49,971 nt of DNA from Gemmatimonadota bacterium (GCA_038128265.1 JAYPJE010000031.1:1-49971); one strand, 5' to 3'; shown: positions 36,293 through 46,123, counted from the stretch's first letter. The notes: a model not told the origin generated them from the letters alone. Program-made: numbers and translations.

Positions 36293-37093
36293 GTGGATAC
36301 TATTCTGGACAGGATTAAAAAATTGGAAAGAGATAACGGCGTAGACGGCGTAGATGTCCATGCACTTTTCGAGCGCGTGGCGTATTCAACGCGCAAGTAT
36401 ACCACGGGTCAGTTAACAAGCAGCGTTATGCACGAACTCGGCCAGCCGCTGACGGCTATAGTCGGCCTAGCTGAGTACCTGCATATGTGTTGCCAGTCGG
36501 GGGATGATATCTCCCGGGACGAGTTGCTAGAATCGATCGGTGAAATCGTCGCGCAGAGCACTCGAATGGTAGAGATGGTTCGAGCCGTGCAGCGCTTTAC
36601 CCGCAATGATTCTCGCGCCGTGCCCAAGGATATCGAGCTCGAAAGCCTTGTGGCAAGCGTCGTTGATGTATTGGACGTTCAGTTTAGTTCGCGCGGTATT
36701 GACCTAAACGTCGATGTCGGAGCATCCATTCCCAGCATCTGCGGTGCGTTTACCCCGCTGCAAGAGGTGTTGTATAACTTGCTGTTCAATGCTCGTGAGG
36801 CGATTGCAGCGCAAGGTGAACAGGGTGGGCAAATCGATGTGGGGGTGCATGCTTCCCCGGATGGGTTTGTGCTCCTATCCGTGCGCGATAGCGGAGAAGG
36901 CATTGACAGAGCCATACAGCAGCGCATTTTTGAGCCGTTTTTCACCACCCGCGATACCTCTCAGCACGCCGGGCTTGGCCTGAGCGCGGTGCAACACATC
37001 GCAAAGCGCTACGGCGGCCATGTAACCGTCTCGTCCGAGCCGGGGCAAGGCGCCTCCTTTACACTCCACTTGCCGTCGACTGCCACGGTTTAG
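36293..37093 (+). CDS. Cytoplasmic NtrB-like histidine kinase without an obvious sensor domain
   Basis: HELGQPL H-box, NLLFNAREA, DSGEGI, IFEPFFTT and GLGLS. Confidence 0.85.
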   Translation: MDTILDRIKKLERDNGVDGVDVHALFERVAYSTRKYTTGQLTSSVMHELGQPLTAIVGLAEYLHMCCQSGDDISRDELLESIGEIVAQSTRMVEMVRAVQRFTRNDSRAVPKDIELESLVASVVDVLDVQFSSRGIDLNVDVGASIPSICGAFTPLQEVLYNLLFNAREAIAAQGEQGGQIDVGVHASPDGFVLLSVRDSGEGIDRAIQQRIFEPFFTTRDTSQHAGLGLSAVQHIAKRYGGHVTVSSEPGQGASFTLHLPSTATV

Positions 37094-37199
37094 CGACGAC
37101 GCGCGGGTCGTTTGCGCGGGCGCAGTTCCGCTGGCTGCGTTCCCGAGGCCATTTTTCGCGGCCCTTGCACGCACCGCCCATTCGCTGCTTTTTTTTCCT

Positions 37200-38039
37200 A
37201 TGCGCATTGCTATACTGTGTGACATTCACGGAAATATCCACGCCTTTGAGGCGGTGCTTGCGCGCGTTGCAAGTCAGTCGCCTGACGCGCTTATTATCGC
37301 TGGCGATATCGTTGTCGGATGCGCCGACTCGGACCTGTGCTGGCAGCGTGCGCTCGATATGGACTGCGCGATTCTACGCGGCAATCACGAGCGCTACCTC
37401 TGTGAGCTGGCGCGCGGCCAAGCCGACCCGGCTTGGCAGGACGATCAATATGCGCCAGCGCGCTGGAGCTGCGACCAACTAGGTGTCAATACGTGTTGCG
37501 GCTTTGCGGGTCTTCCCATGCAGATCCAACCGGCAGAGGACCTGCTTGTCGTGCACGCTTCGCAGCGATCGGATCGCGATACGGTGCGTCCCTATATGGA
37601 CGACAACGAACTCCAGCGCATGTTTTGCGCCGCGCCGCCTCGCCTCGTCGTGCGCGGCCACAACCACTACCCGCAGACGCAGCTGTGGTCGGGTGGACGC
37701 ATTGTCACCGCTGGTTCGGTTGGATTGCCGATGGACGGCAACCCCACGGCCCAGTACGCGCTCTTGGATCGCACGGCTAATGGTTGGGAGGTTTATCACC
37801 AATCGGTTCCATACAACCGGGATGCGGCCATAGCGCGTTTTTACGATACGGGCTATCTGGCGCAGTGCGGTCCGATTGCCGAGCTTTTTCTGCGCGAGTT
37901 GGTATCGGCCTCGCAGCAGATCGTTCCCTTTCTCAACTGCTACGAGCGCTGGAAAAAAGAGGAGCCCATCTCGCTCGATGCGGCGTTTGGCCGCTATATG
38001 GGCAGCGCGCACAGCGCGCAGTGGGAGACATTTCTATGA
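37200..38039 (+). CDS. Calcineurin-like metallophosphoesterase
   Basis: DIHGN, GDIV, RGNHE, VHAS, GHNH and GSVG motifs. Confidence 0.9.
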   Translation: MRIAILCDIHGNIHAFEAVLARVASQSPDALIIAGDIVVGCADSDLCWQRALDMDCAILRGNHERYLCELARGQADPAWQDDQYAPARWSCDQLGVNTCCGFAGLPMQIQPAEDLLVVHASQRSDRDTVRPYMDDNELQRMFCAAPPRLVVRGHNHYPQTQLWSGGRIVTAGSVGLPMDGNPTAQYALLDRTANGWEVYHQSVPYNRDAAIARFYDTGYLAQCGPIAELFLRELVSASQQIVPFLNCYERWKKEEPISLDAAFGRYMGSAHSAQWETFL

Positions 38040-38950
38040 TTGAATACAATCCGGACGATCGCACGTTTGACTGCCCGCCGTCGCTGGGCGATGCGCAGAT
38101 CGTGGATTTTTGTCGCGATGGCTACCTGCTGCTGCGCGGCGTCGTGCCCGAGGAGACAAACCGCCGCACCGTCGCCTGGCTCAACGGCGAACTGCCGGCA
38201 AGTCCCACCTCGATCCCGTCGGGCATGAGCGCGCAAGACGTGGAGCGCATCCGCGCGACCCACGAACCCAGCACAATTTTCTTGGAGGAGTGGTTTCTGC
38301 GCGACGTGCTGCTCAACCCCGAGCTGGTCGGCGCAATGCGCTCGCTGCTGGGGCCGCATGTCAAGTTACCGGTATTGGCCAGTCACCACGGCACGCAGTG
38401 TCCTCAGCCGGCGCAGGGATGGCACCACGATGCCGACCGGGTCTTTGGCCCCGAGCTGCACTTTGTCGAGGTGTTCTACTTTCCGCAGGACACGCCCGTC
38501 GAACTCGGTCCGACTGAATTGGTGCCGGGCACGCACATTCGCCATACGGCGCGTCGTGCCGAAGACGGGGGTGTTTTTTCCGATGGTCCTGCCGGCACGC
38601 TGGGCATCCATCACCAGAGCATTCTACATCGGCGCGGCGCGTCCACGGCCAGCGGAATCCGCCATATGCTCAAGTACAATTACTGGCGGACGACGGCTCC
38701 GCGGCGCAATTGGATTGTAGAGAGCGACTTTGATATGCGTACAGCCCATTTCGGCGGCCACGAGCAGGCGCGCTATGCGGCACATATGTACTACTGGCTC
38801 TGTGGGCGTGGCGATGCATTTCGCACGTTGGGTGGCCAGGCGTGGCCCTGGCGTTCGCCCAACCAGATCGGCCCCTCGCCTGGCTTTGAGCCCAAAGAAG
38901 GCTACGTGCCTGATTGGTCCGGTGCGCGTCCCGATGGATATGCCCGCTAG
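38036..38950 (+). CDS. PhyH-family 2OG-Fe(II) dioxygenase
   Basis: FCRDGY, QGWHHD, YFPQD, VPGTH and ILHR; ATGA overlap with the phosphoesterase gene. Confidence 0.85.
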   Translation: MIEYNPDDRTFDCPPSLGDAQIVDFCRDGYLLLRGVVPEETNRRTVAWLNGELPASPTSIPSGMSAQDVERIRATHEPSTIFLEEWFLRDVLLNPELVGAMRSLLGPHVKLPVLASHHGTQCPQPAQGWHHDADRVFGPELHFVEVFYFPQDTPVELGPTELVPGTHIRHTARRAEDGGVFSDGPAGTLGIHHQSILHRRGASTASGIRHMLKYNYWRTTAPRRNWIVESDFDMRTAHFGGHEQARYAAHMYYWLCGRGDAFRTLGGQAWPWRSPNQIGPSPGFEPKEGYVPDWSGARPDGYAR

Positions 38951-38994
38951 ATCGCTTCCATTTGCCTACCAACCCCGTAATGCGGAGTGCGCCC

Positions 38995-39786
38995 ATGTCT
39001 TTTAACGTCAGTCAGCAGCAGGTCGAGCAGTTTCGCGCAGATGGTTTTCTACTCGTCGAGGAACTGTATAATGCCGAAGAGATGGAGCTCTTGCTTCAGA
39101 TCGGCAAAAGCGATACGGAAAAGAACGAAATGGTGCATGCGCCGCGCGATGCCCAGGGGCGTGAGAGCAAACTCTGGCTAACTTCCGATACGGAGCGCAG
39201 CGATATTTACAACGCGATCTGTCACGGTCACCGCATGGTCGACACGATGGAAGCGCTGATGGGCGACGAAGTATACCTATATCACTACAAGATGATGGTG
39301 AAGGAGCCGCGTATCGGCGGCGCTTGGGAGTGGCATCAGGACTACGGCTATTGGTATAACAATGGGGCCCTCTATCCCGATATGGCTTCCTGTATGATAG
39401 CCGTTGATCGCGCCAGCAGCGACAACGGTTGTCTGCAGGTGCTTAGAGGATCCCATAAAATCGGTCGGATTGAGCACGGGCGCTACGGCACGCAAACGGG
39501 TGCACATCCCGAGCGCGTAGCCCTAGCTGAGGCACACCTCGAACGGGTTTATTGCGAAATGAATCCAGGGTCGGCGCTGTTTTTTCACGCCAACCTGCTG
39601 CACTGCTCCGATGCCAACGAGAGCGAAGATCCACGCTGGTCGCTCATCTGCTGTTACAACACTCGCCATAACCCATGTGAAGATCGACCTGGACATCCCA
39701 GCTACCGGCCGCTGGAAAAGTGGGATGACGCGCGCGTGGTGGAATTGGGGCGCGAACAGTATCAGGCCATGCAGACCCATGCGTGA
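38995..39786 (+). CDS. PhyH-family dioxygenase (ectoine/proline hydroxylase-like subgroup)
   Basis: [31 protein letters not shown] and [12 protein letters not shown]...R; GGAG RBS. Confidence 0.9.
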   Translation: MSFNVSQQQVEQFRADGFLLVEELYNAEEMELLLQIGKSDTEKNEMVHAPRDAQGRESKLWLTSDTERSDIYNAICHGHRMVDTMEALMGDEVYLYHYKMMVKEPRIGGAWEWHQDYGYWYNNGALYPDMASCMIAVDRASSDNGCLQVLRGSHKIGRIEHGRYGTQTGAHPERVALAEAHLERVYCEMNPGSALFFHANLLHCSDANESEDPRWSLICCYNTRHNPCEDRPGHPSYRPLEKWDDARVVELGREQYQAMQTHA

Positions 39787-39935
39787 GGCAGACGGCATTT
39801 GCTGGCTGTGTTTGAGGACGCCATCCGGATGCTCGGCGTGCGCACAGACTGCGCCCCAGCCGCGCGTACCCGCCGAAGGTCGATCTATTTGGGCTGGCGA
39901 AGCGCCGGCCGGCGCCGCTACAGTGTAGAAAGCCA

Positions 39936-40466
39936 ATGGATATGGATCCTACCGACCTGCCTGCAACGCTGCATACCGACCCTGCGCCGATTCCCGATTC
40001 GGTTTTTGTCGCTGCTGGTGCGCGCGTTATCGGCGACGTTCGCTTGGGCGCGCAGTGCTCAATTTGGTATAACGCCGTCGTGCGCGGTGATATCAACTAC
40101 GTCGAGATTGGTGCGCGCAGCAATATTCAAGACAGCTGTATTATACACGTGACCAACGCGCAGCCCTGCGTTGTCGGAGAAGATGTAACGACCGGACACG
40201 GCGCCAACCTGCACGCCTGCACGGTGGAGGAAGGGTGTCTAATCGGCATTGGTGCCATCGTACTTTCCGGTGCTCACATCGGTCGCGGCAGCATTGTCGG
40301 GGCTGGCGCCGTCGTGCGCGAGGGCGAAGTGGTCGAACCATTCAGCCTGGTCGTCGGCGTGCCGGCCCGGCGCGTTCGCACCTTGCCCGAGTCGACCTAT
40401 GACACGCACTGCCGCTGGGCGCAAAAGTACGCGGCGCTGGCGTGCGCCCACCAGAGGTCCTCGTGA
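39936..40466 (+). CDS. Gamma carbonic anhydrase-like hexapeptide protein (YrdA/PaaY family)
   Basis: VIGDV, SIWYNAVVRGD, SNIQD..IH, GHGANLHAC and LIGIGA. Confidence 0.92.
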   Translation: MDMDPTDLPATLHTDPAPIPDSVFVAAGARVIGDVRLGAQCSIWYNAVVRGDINYVEIGARSNIQDSCIIHVTNAQPCVVGEDVTTGHGANLHACTVEEGCLIGIGAIVLSGAHIGRGSIVGAGAVVREGEVVEPFSLVVGVPARRVRTLPESTYDTHCRWAQKYAALACAHQRSS

Positions 40467-40909
40467 CGACCTACGACTTTTCCCGCGCCGTCGGTTTGCC
40501 GCAGCGCATTTTTTTTGCCCTCTGGGGCATGGTCCAACTGGTGGCTAGTTCAGTCGCCTTTCAGCGCGGCGGCTTTGCCTACGGTCTCGGCGTGCTGCTG
40601 TTTGGAATCGCCGCGTTTAGCGCAGCGATTTTTGTCGTGCACCGCTTTAACCGCCACCGCATCTCCGTTGGTGATGTAGGTCTCGTTGTCGAAGAAGGCC
40701 CCACCCGCGCGCGCGCCGTACCGTGGGATCATATTGACGAAATAGCGCGCAGCGGGGAACGCATTGAAGCGCTCTTGAAAACCCGCTCGAATGTGCTGTT
40801 ATCTCCTCTGGCGCTGGACGGCGAGCACGGTGTGGGTCGACTCAACGCGCTGTGGTCAGAGATGCGTTCGCATGCGGCGGAGCGGAGCGTGTCGATACGC
40901 GAGGACTGA
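40463..40909 (+). CDS. Hypothetical two-TM membrane protein with a PH-like C-terminal domain
   Basis: Two hydrophobic helices followed by GL.V....VPWDHIDEI; GTGA overlap with the upstream stop. Confidence 0.55.
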   Translation: MTTYDFSRAVGLPQRIFFALWGMVQLVASSVAFQRGGFAYGLGVLLFGIAAFSAAIFVVHRFNRHRISVGDVGLVVEEGPTRARAVPWDHIDEIARSGERIEALLKTRSNVLLSPLALDGEHGVGRLNALWSEMRSHAAERSVSIRED

Positions 40910-41034
40910 TCGACCTTAGCGCAGTATATACGGGCGCTATTGGGAGGGGGTCCTGCGGTATATCGATGGCTGCTCCCGATATGGGAGCAGCGTAGTCTTA
41001 CGCGGCGGTATCGCCATTAGAGAGGAATGGGTAT

Positions 41035-41799
41035 ATGACGGATTCACAGGCGGCCAGTGCATTTGCTTTGATTGGCGATCGCTATCACAATTCTGACTAT
41101 ATTCGCACCGCGCTGACCAAGACGCTGGTCGAGGGTATTGGCCTGTCCATTGACTTTTGCGATGACGTGCGCCAGCTCAGTGAGCGCACGCTGTCGCGCT
41201 ATGCAATGCTCATTGCGTTCCGCGACGGCATGGAGTGGCCAGATGGATATGGCGCGGGGGCTTCGTACCCCGGCTACGACGGCAGCCACTTGCAATCCGA
41301 TCCGCCCTTCGAGCCGCCGCCGGCGCGCATCGTCTACTGGATGTCGGACAGCCAGGGCCGCGCCGTGCGCGAATTTGTAGAGGCGGGCGGCGCCGCGCTC
41401 CTGTATCATAACTCGACCTATATCGCCCCCAACTGCCCCGACTTTCGCCACGTGCTGGGCGCGGCGACAGAGGGCCATCCCCCCGTGCGGCCGTATCGCG
41501 TCGAAATCGCCGACGGCGATCATCCGATCACACAGGGTGTGCGCGACTTTGTCGTTACGGATGAACAGCACTATATGGTCTACGATAAAGACCCCCAATG
41601 CGTTCTGGCGCACAGCGTCAATGACGATGGCCACGCGTTCAATGAACTGGGCGTGCGCTGTCAGGCCGCTTGGGCATACGACTACGGCAAGGGCCGCGTG
41701 TGCTACCTCGCGCCGGGCCATACGATCGAGGCGTTGTGGAACCCCGAATACGTAAAAATGCAGCAGAACGCCGCACGTTGGCTACAGCGCCAACTATAG
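41035..41799 (+). CDS. ThuA-like domain protein
   Basis: GDRYH, FVEAGG, HPITQGV.DF...DEQH and GKGRVCYLAPGH; GAGGA RBS. Confidence 0.85.
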   Translation: MTDSQAASAFALIGDRYHNSDYIRTALTKTLVEGIGLSIDFCDDVRQLSERTLSRYAMLIAFRDGMEWPDGYGAGASYPGYDGSHLQSDPPFEPPPARIVYWMSDSQGRAVREFVEAGGAALLYHNSTYIAPNCPDFRHVLGAATEGHPPVRPYRVEIADGDHPITQGVRDFVVTDEQHYMVYDKDPQCVLAHSVNDDGHAFNELGVRCQAAWAYDYGKGRVCYLAPGHTIEALWNPEYVKMQQNAARWLQRQL

Positions 41800-41905
41800 T
41801 TTGCCATTCGAAACGGCTTGCCGTGCGGAACTTTCTATATATCTGCGGTTGAGTTATTTTTAATCACTGGACAATTCGCGTTTACTAGGTGATGCCACAA
41901 ACTAC

Positions 41906-42478
41906 ATGTCGAACAACAAAATAAATATCATCGTGTTAAATGGGGCGTCCTCTTCTGGCAAGACGTCGCTGGCCCGCGCGCTGCAGGACATATTCGAAGA
42001 GCCCTATCTGCGCCTCGGGACCGATATTATTCACGCTACGCTTCCCGATCGCTTTCGCGACCGTCGCGACGCACAAAGCGAGCGGATGGTGCGCGATGCG
42101 ATTACCGGCATGCACCGCAGCGCTGCCATCATGGCCGATGCCGGTAACAACGTCATTGTCGACACGGTGATGATTAACCGGGTTAGCGTCGGCGAGTGTG
42201 CACAGGCATTGGCGCGCAATCGCGCCTTTTTCATTGGCCTGTTTTGCAGCGATGAAGTGCTGAGAAAGCGCGCTGCGGAGCGCGGAGAGGGCATGGTCAA
42301 TATCGCTCTGCACCAGGCGCGCCACGTGCACAAGCACAGCATCTACGACCTCAAGATCAACACCGAGGGCAAGCCGCCAAATATAATGGCCGAACAGATT
42401 AAAAATTTGGTAAACAGCCGCACCGAGCCCGAGGCCTTCAAGCGGTTGAGCTCCCAGCACAAGAAGGGCGGCTCGTAG
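41906..42478 (+). CDS. Chloramphenicol phosphotransferase-like P-loop kinase
   Basis: IIVLNGASSSGKTSLARALQ, GNNVIVD and VH....YDL.INT. Confidence 0.88.
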   Translation: MSNNKINIIVLNGASSSGKTSLARALQDIFEEPYLRLGTDIIHATLPDRFRDRRDAQSERMVRDAITGMHRSAAIMADAGNNVIVDTVMINRVSVGECAQALARNRAFFIGLFCSDEVLRKRAAERGEGMVNIALHQARHVHKHSIYDLKINTEGKPPNIMAEQIKNLVNSRTEPEAFKRLSSQHKKGGS

Positions 42479-42488
42479 GCCGGCTAAA

Positions 42489-43481
42489 ATGGATCTGGCT
42501 ACGCAGGGCATTGCCGGAGCGGCCGTCGCCCAGGCCATAGCGCCTGCTCACCTCGGTCGTCGCGCCGCTCTGGTTGGTCTGTGCGCGGGCCTGTTGCCCG
42601 ACGCCGACGCGCTGATCTACAGCGCGCGCGATCCCTTGCTGCAGTTGGAATACCACCGCCATTTTACCCATTCTCTGATTTTTATTCCGTTTGGAGCCGC
42701 GCTGGCCGCCCTGCTGCTGTGGCCGTTTCTGCGCCGCAAGCTGACCCCCAAAGAACTCTACGCATACGCCTGCTGCGGCTATGCGCCCGGCGGCTTGCTC
42801 GATGCCTGCACCAGTTACGGCACCCATCTGTTCTGGCCCTTCTCTGCCGAACCCGTAGCCTGGAGCATTATCGCCATTGTCGACCCCGCTTTTAGTTTGG
42901 CGCTGGCGGTGCCGCTTGCTATGGGGCTGCGGAAGCTACAGCCGATGCGCATCGGGCTCGTGTTGGGCGTAGTCTATCTGATATTCGGCGTTGTTCAGCA
43001 CCAGCGCGCCCTGACCCTTGCGCGCGATGTCGTTAGCGCGCGCACGCACGCATCTCAGCAACTGCTCGTCAAGCCAACCGTAGGCAATTTGCTGCTGTGG
43101 CGCAGCCTTTATACGGTGGGCGATAGCGTCTACGTCGATGCGCTACACACAGGCGATCCGCCGCGTGTCTACCCAGGGGGGGCGGCGCGCCTGCTGGATG
43201 TAAAACGAGACCTGCCTTGGTCTGCAAAGGGCTCGCGCTCCCACAGCGACCTGGAACGCTTTTCCCGCTTTTCTCGTGGATTTGTCGTCACTTCCCCGCG
43301 CGAGCCGAACTTCTTCGGCGACGTGCGCTACGCCATGCTGCCCACCAGCCTCGAACCGCTGTGGGGTATCTACCTAGAAGCGTCGGATCCCGAACGGGCC
43401 GGCCGCTATGCTGCGCGCCGTGCGCTGAGTCCGGCGCTGCGCGATTCTTTTATCACCATGCTGCGCGGCAATTCGCTCTAG
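42489..43481 (+). CDS. YdjM-family membrane metal-dependent hydrolase
   Basis: MDLATQG, LPDAD, HRHFTHS, LDACTSYGT.LFWP and IVDP. Confidence 0.88.
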   Translation: MDLATQGIAGAAVAQAIAPAHLGRRAALVGLCAGLLPDADALIYSARDPLLQLEYHRHFTHSLIFIPFGAALAALLLWPFLRRKLTPKELYAYACCGYAPGGLLDACTSYGTHLFWPFSAEPVAWSIIAIVDPAFSLALAVPLAMGLRKLQPMRIGLVLGVVYLIFGVVQHQRALTLARDVVSARTHASQQLLVKPTVGNLLLWRSLYTVGDSVYVDALHTGDPPRVYPGGAARLLDVKRDLPWSAKGSRSHSDLERFSRFSRGFVVTSPREPNFFGDVRYAMLPTSLEPLWGIYLEASDPERAGRYAARRALSPALRDSFITMLRGNSL

Positions 43482-43612
43482 TGATTTGGATGGGTAGATC
43501 GTCGCCGCTTTTCCGGGGTCTTTTCGCCGCTCGTCTCTCATCGTAGTTTAGTTCCGCACACGCTTGTAACCGGCGATCCTTGCTGCACAAGGAGCACAAC
43601 AGGGAGATAGTC

Positions 43613-44860
43613 ATGTCTAACTACACCGTTCGCGCCACACACTGCGACTATACCGCCAGCGATGAAGAGGTCTATCAGGCGCTCGTACGCGCCACCGACC
43701 CCCTCGCCGATAGTTGGGAACGCCTGGCAAAGGCTAAGCGCATTGGCATCAAGATCAACCAGGACAAGCCGGTCGATCGCTGGGTGCGCCATGAGGGCCA
43801 GCTACAGCAGTTGGTCAGCGAAAAGGTCGTGCGCGCCTGCTTGCGCCTGCTGCGTGAGCGCACCTCGGCGGATATCGTCTGTTCCGACGTCAGTTTTTAC
43901 GCGATGTATCAGGGGACCAATCCGCAGGAAACGGGCACGGCCCTGCCGCTGCTAAAGGAATTTGGCGTCGAATATGTAGACTGCACTAAGCCGCCCTACC
44001 GCGTCCAAGAGGTGCCGGGCGGTGGTCAGATGTTCAAGCACTACGTGCTGCCCGAAAGCGCGCTCGACGTCGACGAGTTTATTTCGCTAGCCAAGATGAA
44101 AAACCACGCCTTTATGGGAATCACGCTGAGCCTGAAAAACCTCTTTGGCCTTATGCCGGCCGAGCCCGAGTGGCACACGCGCACCTACTTTCACCACTTG
44201 GTGCGCATGCCCTATATGCTCGCTGATTTGGGGCGCATCTTTAACCCGGTGCTCAATATCGTCGACGGGTTGGTTGGACAGGCGGGCCAAGAGTGGGGCA
44301 ACGGCCTCGAAGAGGGCCCAGCGCGCACGGCCAATACGCTGGTAGCGGGCAACCACACCATCGCCACCGATGCCTGCACGGCCCATCTGATGGGGCACGA
44401 TCCGCTGAGCGACTGGCTTACGCCGCCGTTTCTACGCGACCGCAATTCGCTGCTGGTGGCTGCCGAGGGCGGCTTTGGCACGGTCGATCTGGGTGAGATC
44501 GATTTCCACTCGGAAGTTGAAGGGCCGGTGGGCGCGTTCTATTCCAATGCGACCGACACGCATGAAATGGTCGTGTCCTGGCGTCGCACGACCTGCGAGC
44601 AGGGACTCTACTACCGCGACAATATGGAGCACTTTGTCGAGCGCTATGCCGGCCAATACGTCCTCTTGCAGGAGGGGCAGGTGCGCTGGCACGATAGGGT
44701 AAGCGATCTAAAAGGCAGTCGGCGCAAACTGTCTGGTGATAGGCCCGAGCAGGCGATGTGGCTCAAATACGTCGACCCCGAAGAGGCCGAGGGCGAGCAT
44801 TTCGAGGTGTACGAGCACGGTCTGGCGCATCTGCATACCGCCGGCATTCAGGCGGCGTGA
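43613..44860 (+). CDS. DUF362 domain protein with a C-terminal extension
   Basis: IKIN, ISLAKMKNH, TLSLKNLFGL, IVDGL and ATDA motifs; GGGAG RBS. Confidence 0.82.
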   Translation: MSNYTVRATHCDYTASDEEVYQALVRATDPLADSWERLAKAKRIGIKINQDKPVDRWVRHEGQLQQLVSEKVVRACLRLLRERTSADIVCSDVSFYAMYQGTNPQETGTALPLLKEFGVEYVDCTKPPYRVQEVPGGGQMFKHYVLPESALDVDEFISLAKMKNHAFMGITLSLKNLFGLMPAEPEWHTRTYFHHLVRMPYMLADLGRIFNPVLNIVDGLVGQAGQEWGNGLEEGPARTANTLVAGNHTIATDACTAHLMGHDPLSDWLTPPFLRDRNSLLVAAEGGFGTVDLGEIDFHSEVEGPVGAFYSNATDTHEMVVSWRRTTCEQGLYYRDNMEHFVERYAGQYVLLQEGQVRWHDRVSDLKGSRRKLSGDRPEQAMWLKYVDPEEAEGEHFEVYEHGLAHLHTAGIQAA

Positions 44861-44865
44861 TCGCC

Positions 44866-45666
44866 ATGCAACAGGAAGCGTTTGACGCGCACGTGCTGCG
44901 CATGCAGCTGGATGGCTACACCGTGTTGCCGGATGTATTCAGTGCCGAAGAGTGCGACCGGGCGCAGGAGGAGTTAGAGCGCTTGGCCGCTGCGGGCGAT
45001 CCGCCCGCGTTGGAGTGCCTCTTTAACAAGGCGCGCATCTTTGAGCGCGTCTACCAGGTGCCGCACCTGCTGCGGTTTGTTCGCTATTTTCTCGGTGCAG
45101 ATGCGGTGTTGAGCGGATGCTATGGCAGCATCCGCCGACCGGGTGACGGCGATGGCGGCCTGCACTCAGATGGCGCCATTACGGGCCATAATCGCCGCCA
45201 GTCGATGGCCGACGGCGATGGGGGACAGCGCATTATTAGCCACGTCCTCGGCCTCAATGTCATCACCTGTATCAGCGAGTTTAGCCGTGATAACGGCGCG
45301 ACGCACGTCGTGCCCGGGAGCTGCAAATGGCCGACCCTCGACATTCCCTCGCCCCCGGTGCCCGGTTTGCGGGTGGTGGAAGCGCCGCGCGGGTCGGCGC
45401 TGGTGTTTAATATCAACACCTGGCATGGTCCTTCTGCTCATCGGGGGAGCGCCAATCGTTATGCGTTGCTCACACCGTGGCGGCGCTGCTGGCTGCGCGG
45501 CGAATACGACTTGGCTTCGATGGTCAATCCCGACGTGCTGGAGCGGGCCGGTGAAGAGGGGCCTAGGGTATTTGGCGTCGGCGCGCGCATACCCTATTTG
45601 GAGGGATGGCAGTGGGATAGGTCTACGGGTGCTCCGAAAGCGGAGTGGTCACACCTGAAACGCTAA
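44866..45666 (+). CDS. PhyH-family 2OG-Fe(II) dioxygenase
   Basis: DGYTVLP, LHSD, NGAT.VVPGS and TWHG....R motifs. Confidence 0.85.
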   Translation: MQQEAFDAHVLRMQLDGYTVLPDVFSAEECDRAQEELERLAAAGDPPALECLFNKARIFERVYQVPHLLRFVRYFLGADAVLSGCYGSIRRPGDGDGGLHSDGAITGHNRRQSMADGDGGQRIISHVLGLNVITCISEFSRDNGATHVVPGSCKWPTLDIPSPPVPGLRVVEAPRGSALVFNINTWHGPSAHRGSANRYALLTPWRRCWLRGEYDLASMVNPDVLERAGEEGPRVFGVGARIPYLEGWQWDRSTGAPKAEWSHLKR

Positions 45667-45667
45667 T

Positions 45668-45704
45668 AAAAAGGGGCAACGCACAGCCGTGCGTTGCCCC
45701 TTTT
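45668..45704. terminator. Bidirectional intrinsic terminator between convergent genes
   Basis: AAAAGGGGCAACGCAC-agcc-GTGCGTTGCCCCTTTT. Confidence 0.88.
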
Positions 45705-45723
45705 GCGCGTCGTAACGCGTCCT

Positions 45724-45936
45724 TTACTGGAGCACTATGACCCCATCGGCGGCCGGCCCCTTCTGGCCCTGAACCACTTCAAATTCCACTTTTTGGCCCT
45801 CGGCCAACGTGCGGAATCCATCGCCGCGGATAGCGCTATAGTGGACGAAGACGTCGCTGTCGTTTTCGCGCTCAATAAAACCAAAGCCCTTGGATTCATT
45901 GAACCACTTAACGGTGCCAGTTTCGCGATCTGCCAT
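45724..45936 (-). CDS. cspA: Cold-shock protein (CspA family)
   Basis: [37 protein letters not shown] and KGP; GGGAGGTG RBS; symbol is family-level, paralogue not resolvable. Confidence 0.95.
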   Translation of the reverse strand: MADRETGTVKWFNESKGFGFIERENDSDVFVHYSAIRGDGFRTLAEGQKVEFEVVQGQKGPAADGVIVLQ

Positions 45937-46123
45937 GAGCAAATCACCTCCCATTAAATGAGTGTGTTGGGCGTTCAAACCAACGATCGGTAGGGGATCT
46001 ACTTCAGGCGGATCAGATCTACGGCTGGTAGGATCTACTTCGGACCTTCGGTTAGCAATCTACTACTCGGGTTGGAACGGCTGCCAACTATGTTGAATAT
46101 CTCGCTCGGTGGCGAGTGGCTAC

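Noticed and set aside
39787..39935. Nested stems (GCTGG/CCAGC, CTGTG/CACAG, ACGCC/GGCGT) as a structured RNA
   Set aside because: Short stems in very GC-rich DNA are expected by chance; no recognisable motif
41906..42478. A true chloramphenicol resistance gene
   Set aside because: CPT-like kinases are widespread with unknown substrates; family motifs alone do not show resistance
10703..43559. AGTTCCGCAC word recurring in three intergenic regions (about 10703, 41823 and 43550)
   Set aside because: Only 10 bp, with inconsistent orientation and distance relative to downstream genes; significance cannot be shown without a genome-wide count
45989..46063. CUAC-loop-GUAGAU resembles the Cas12a direct-repeat hairpin
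   Set aside because: Units are irregularly spaced 16-25 nt apart, there are no spacer-length unique sequences and no cas genes; the region is the csp leader
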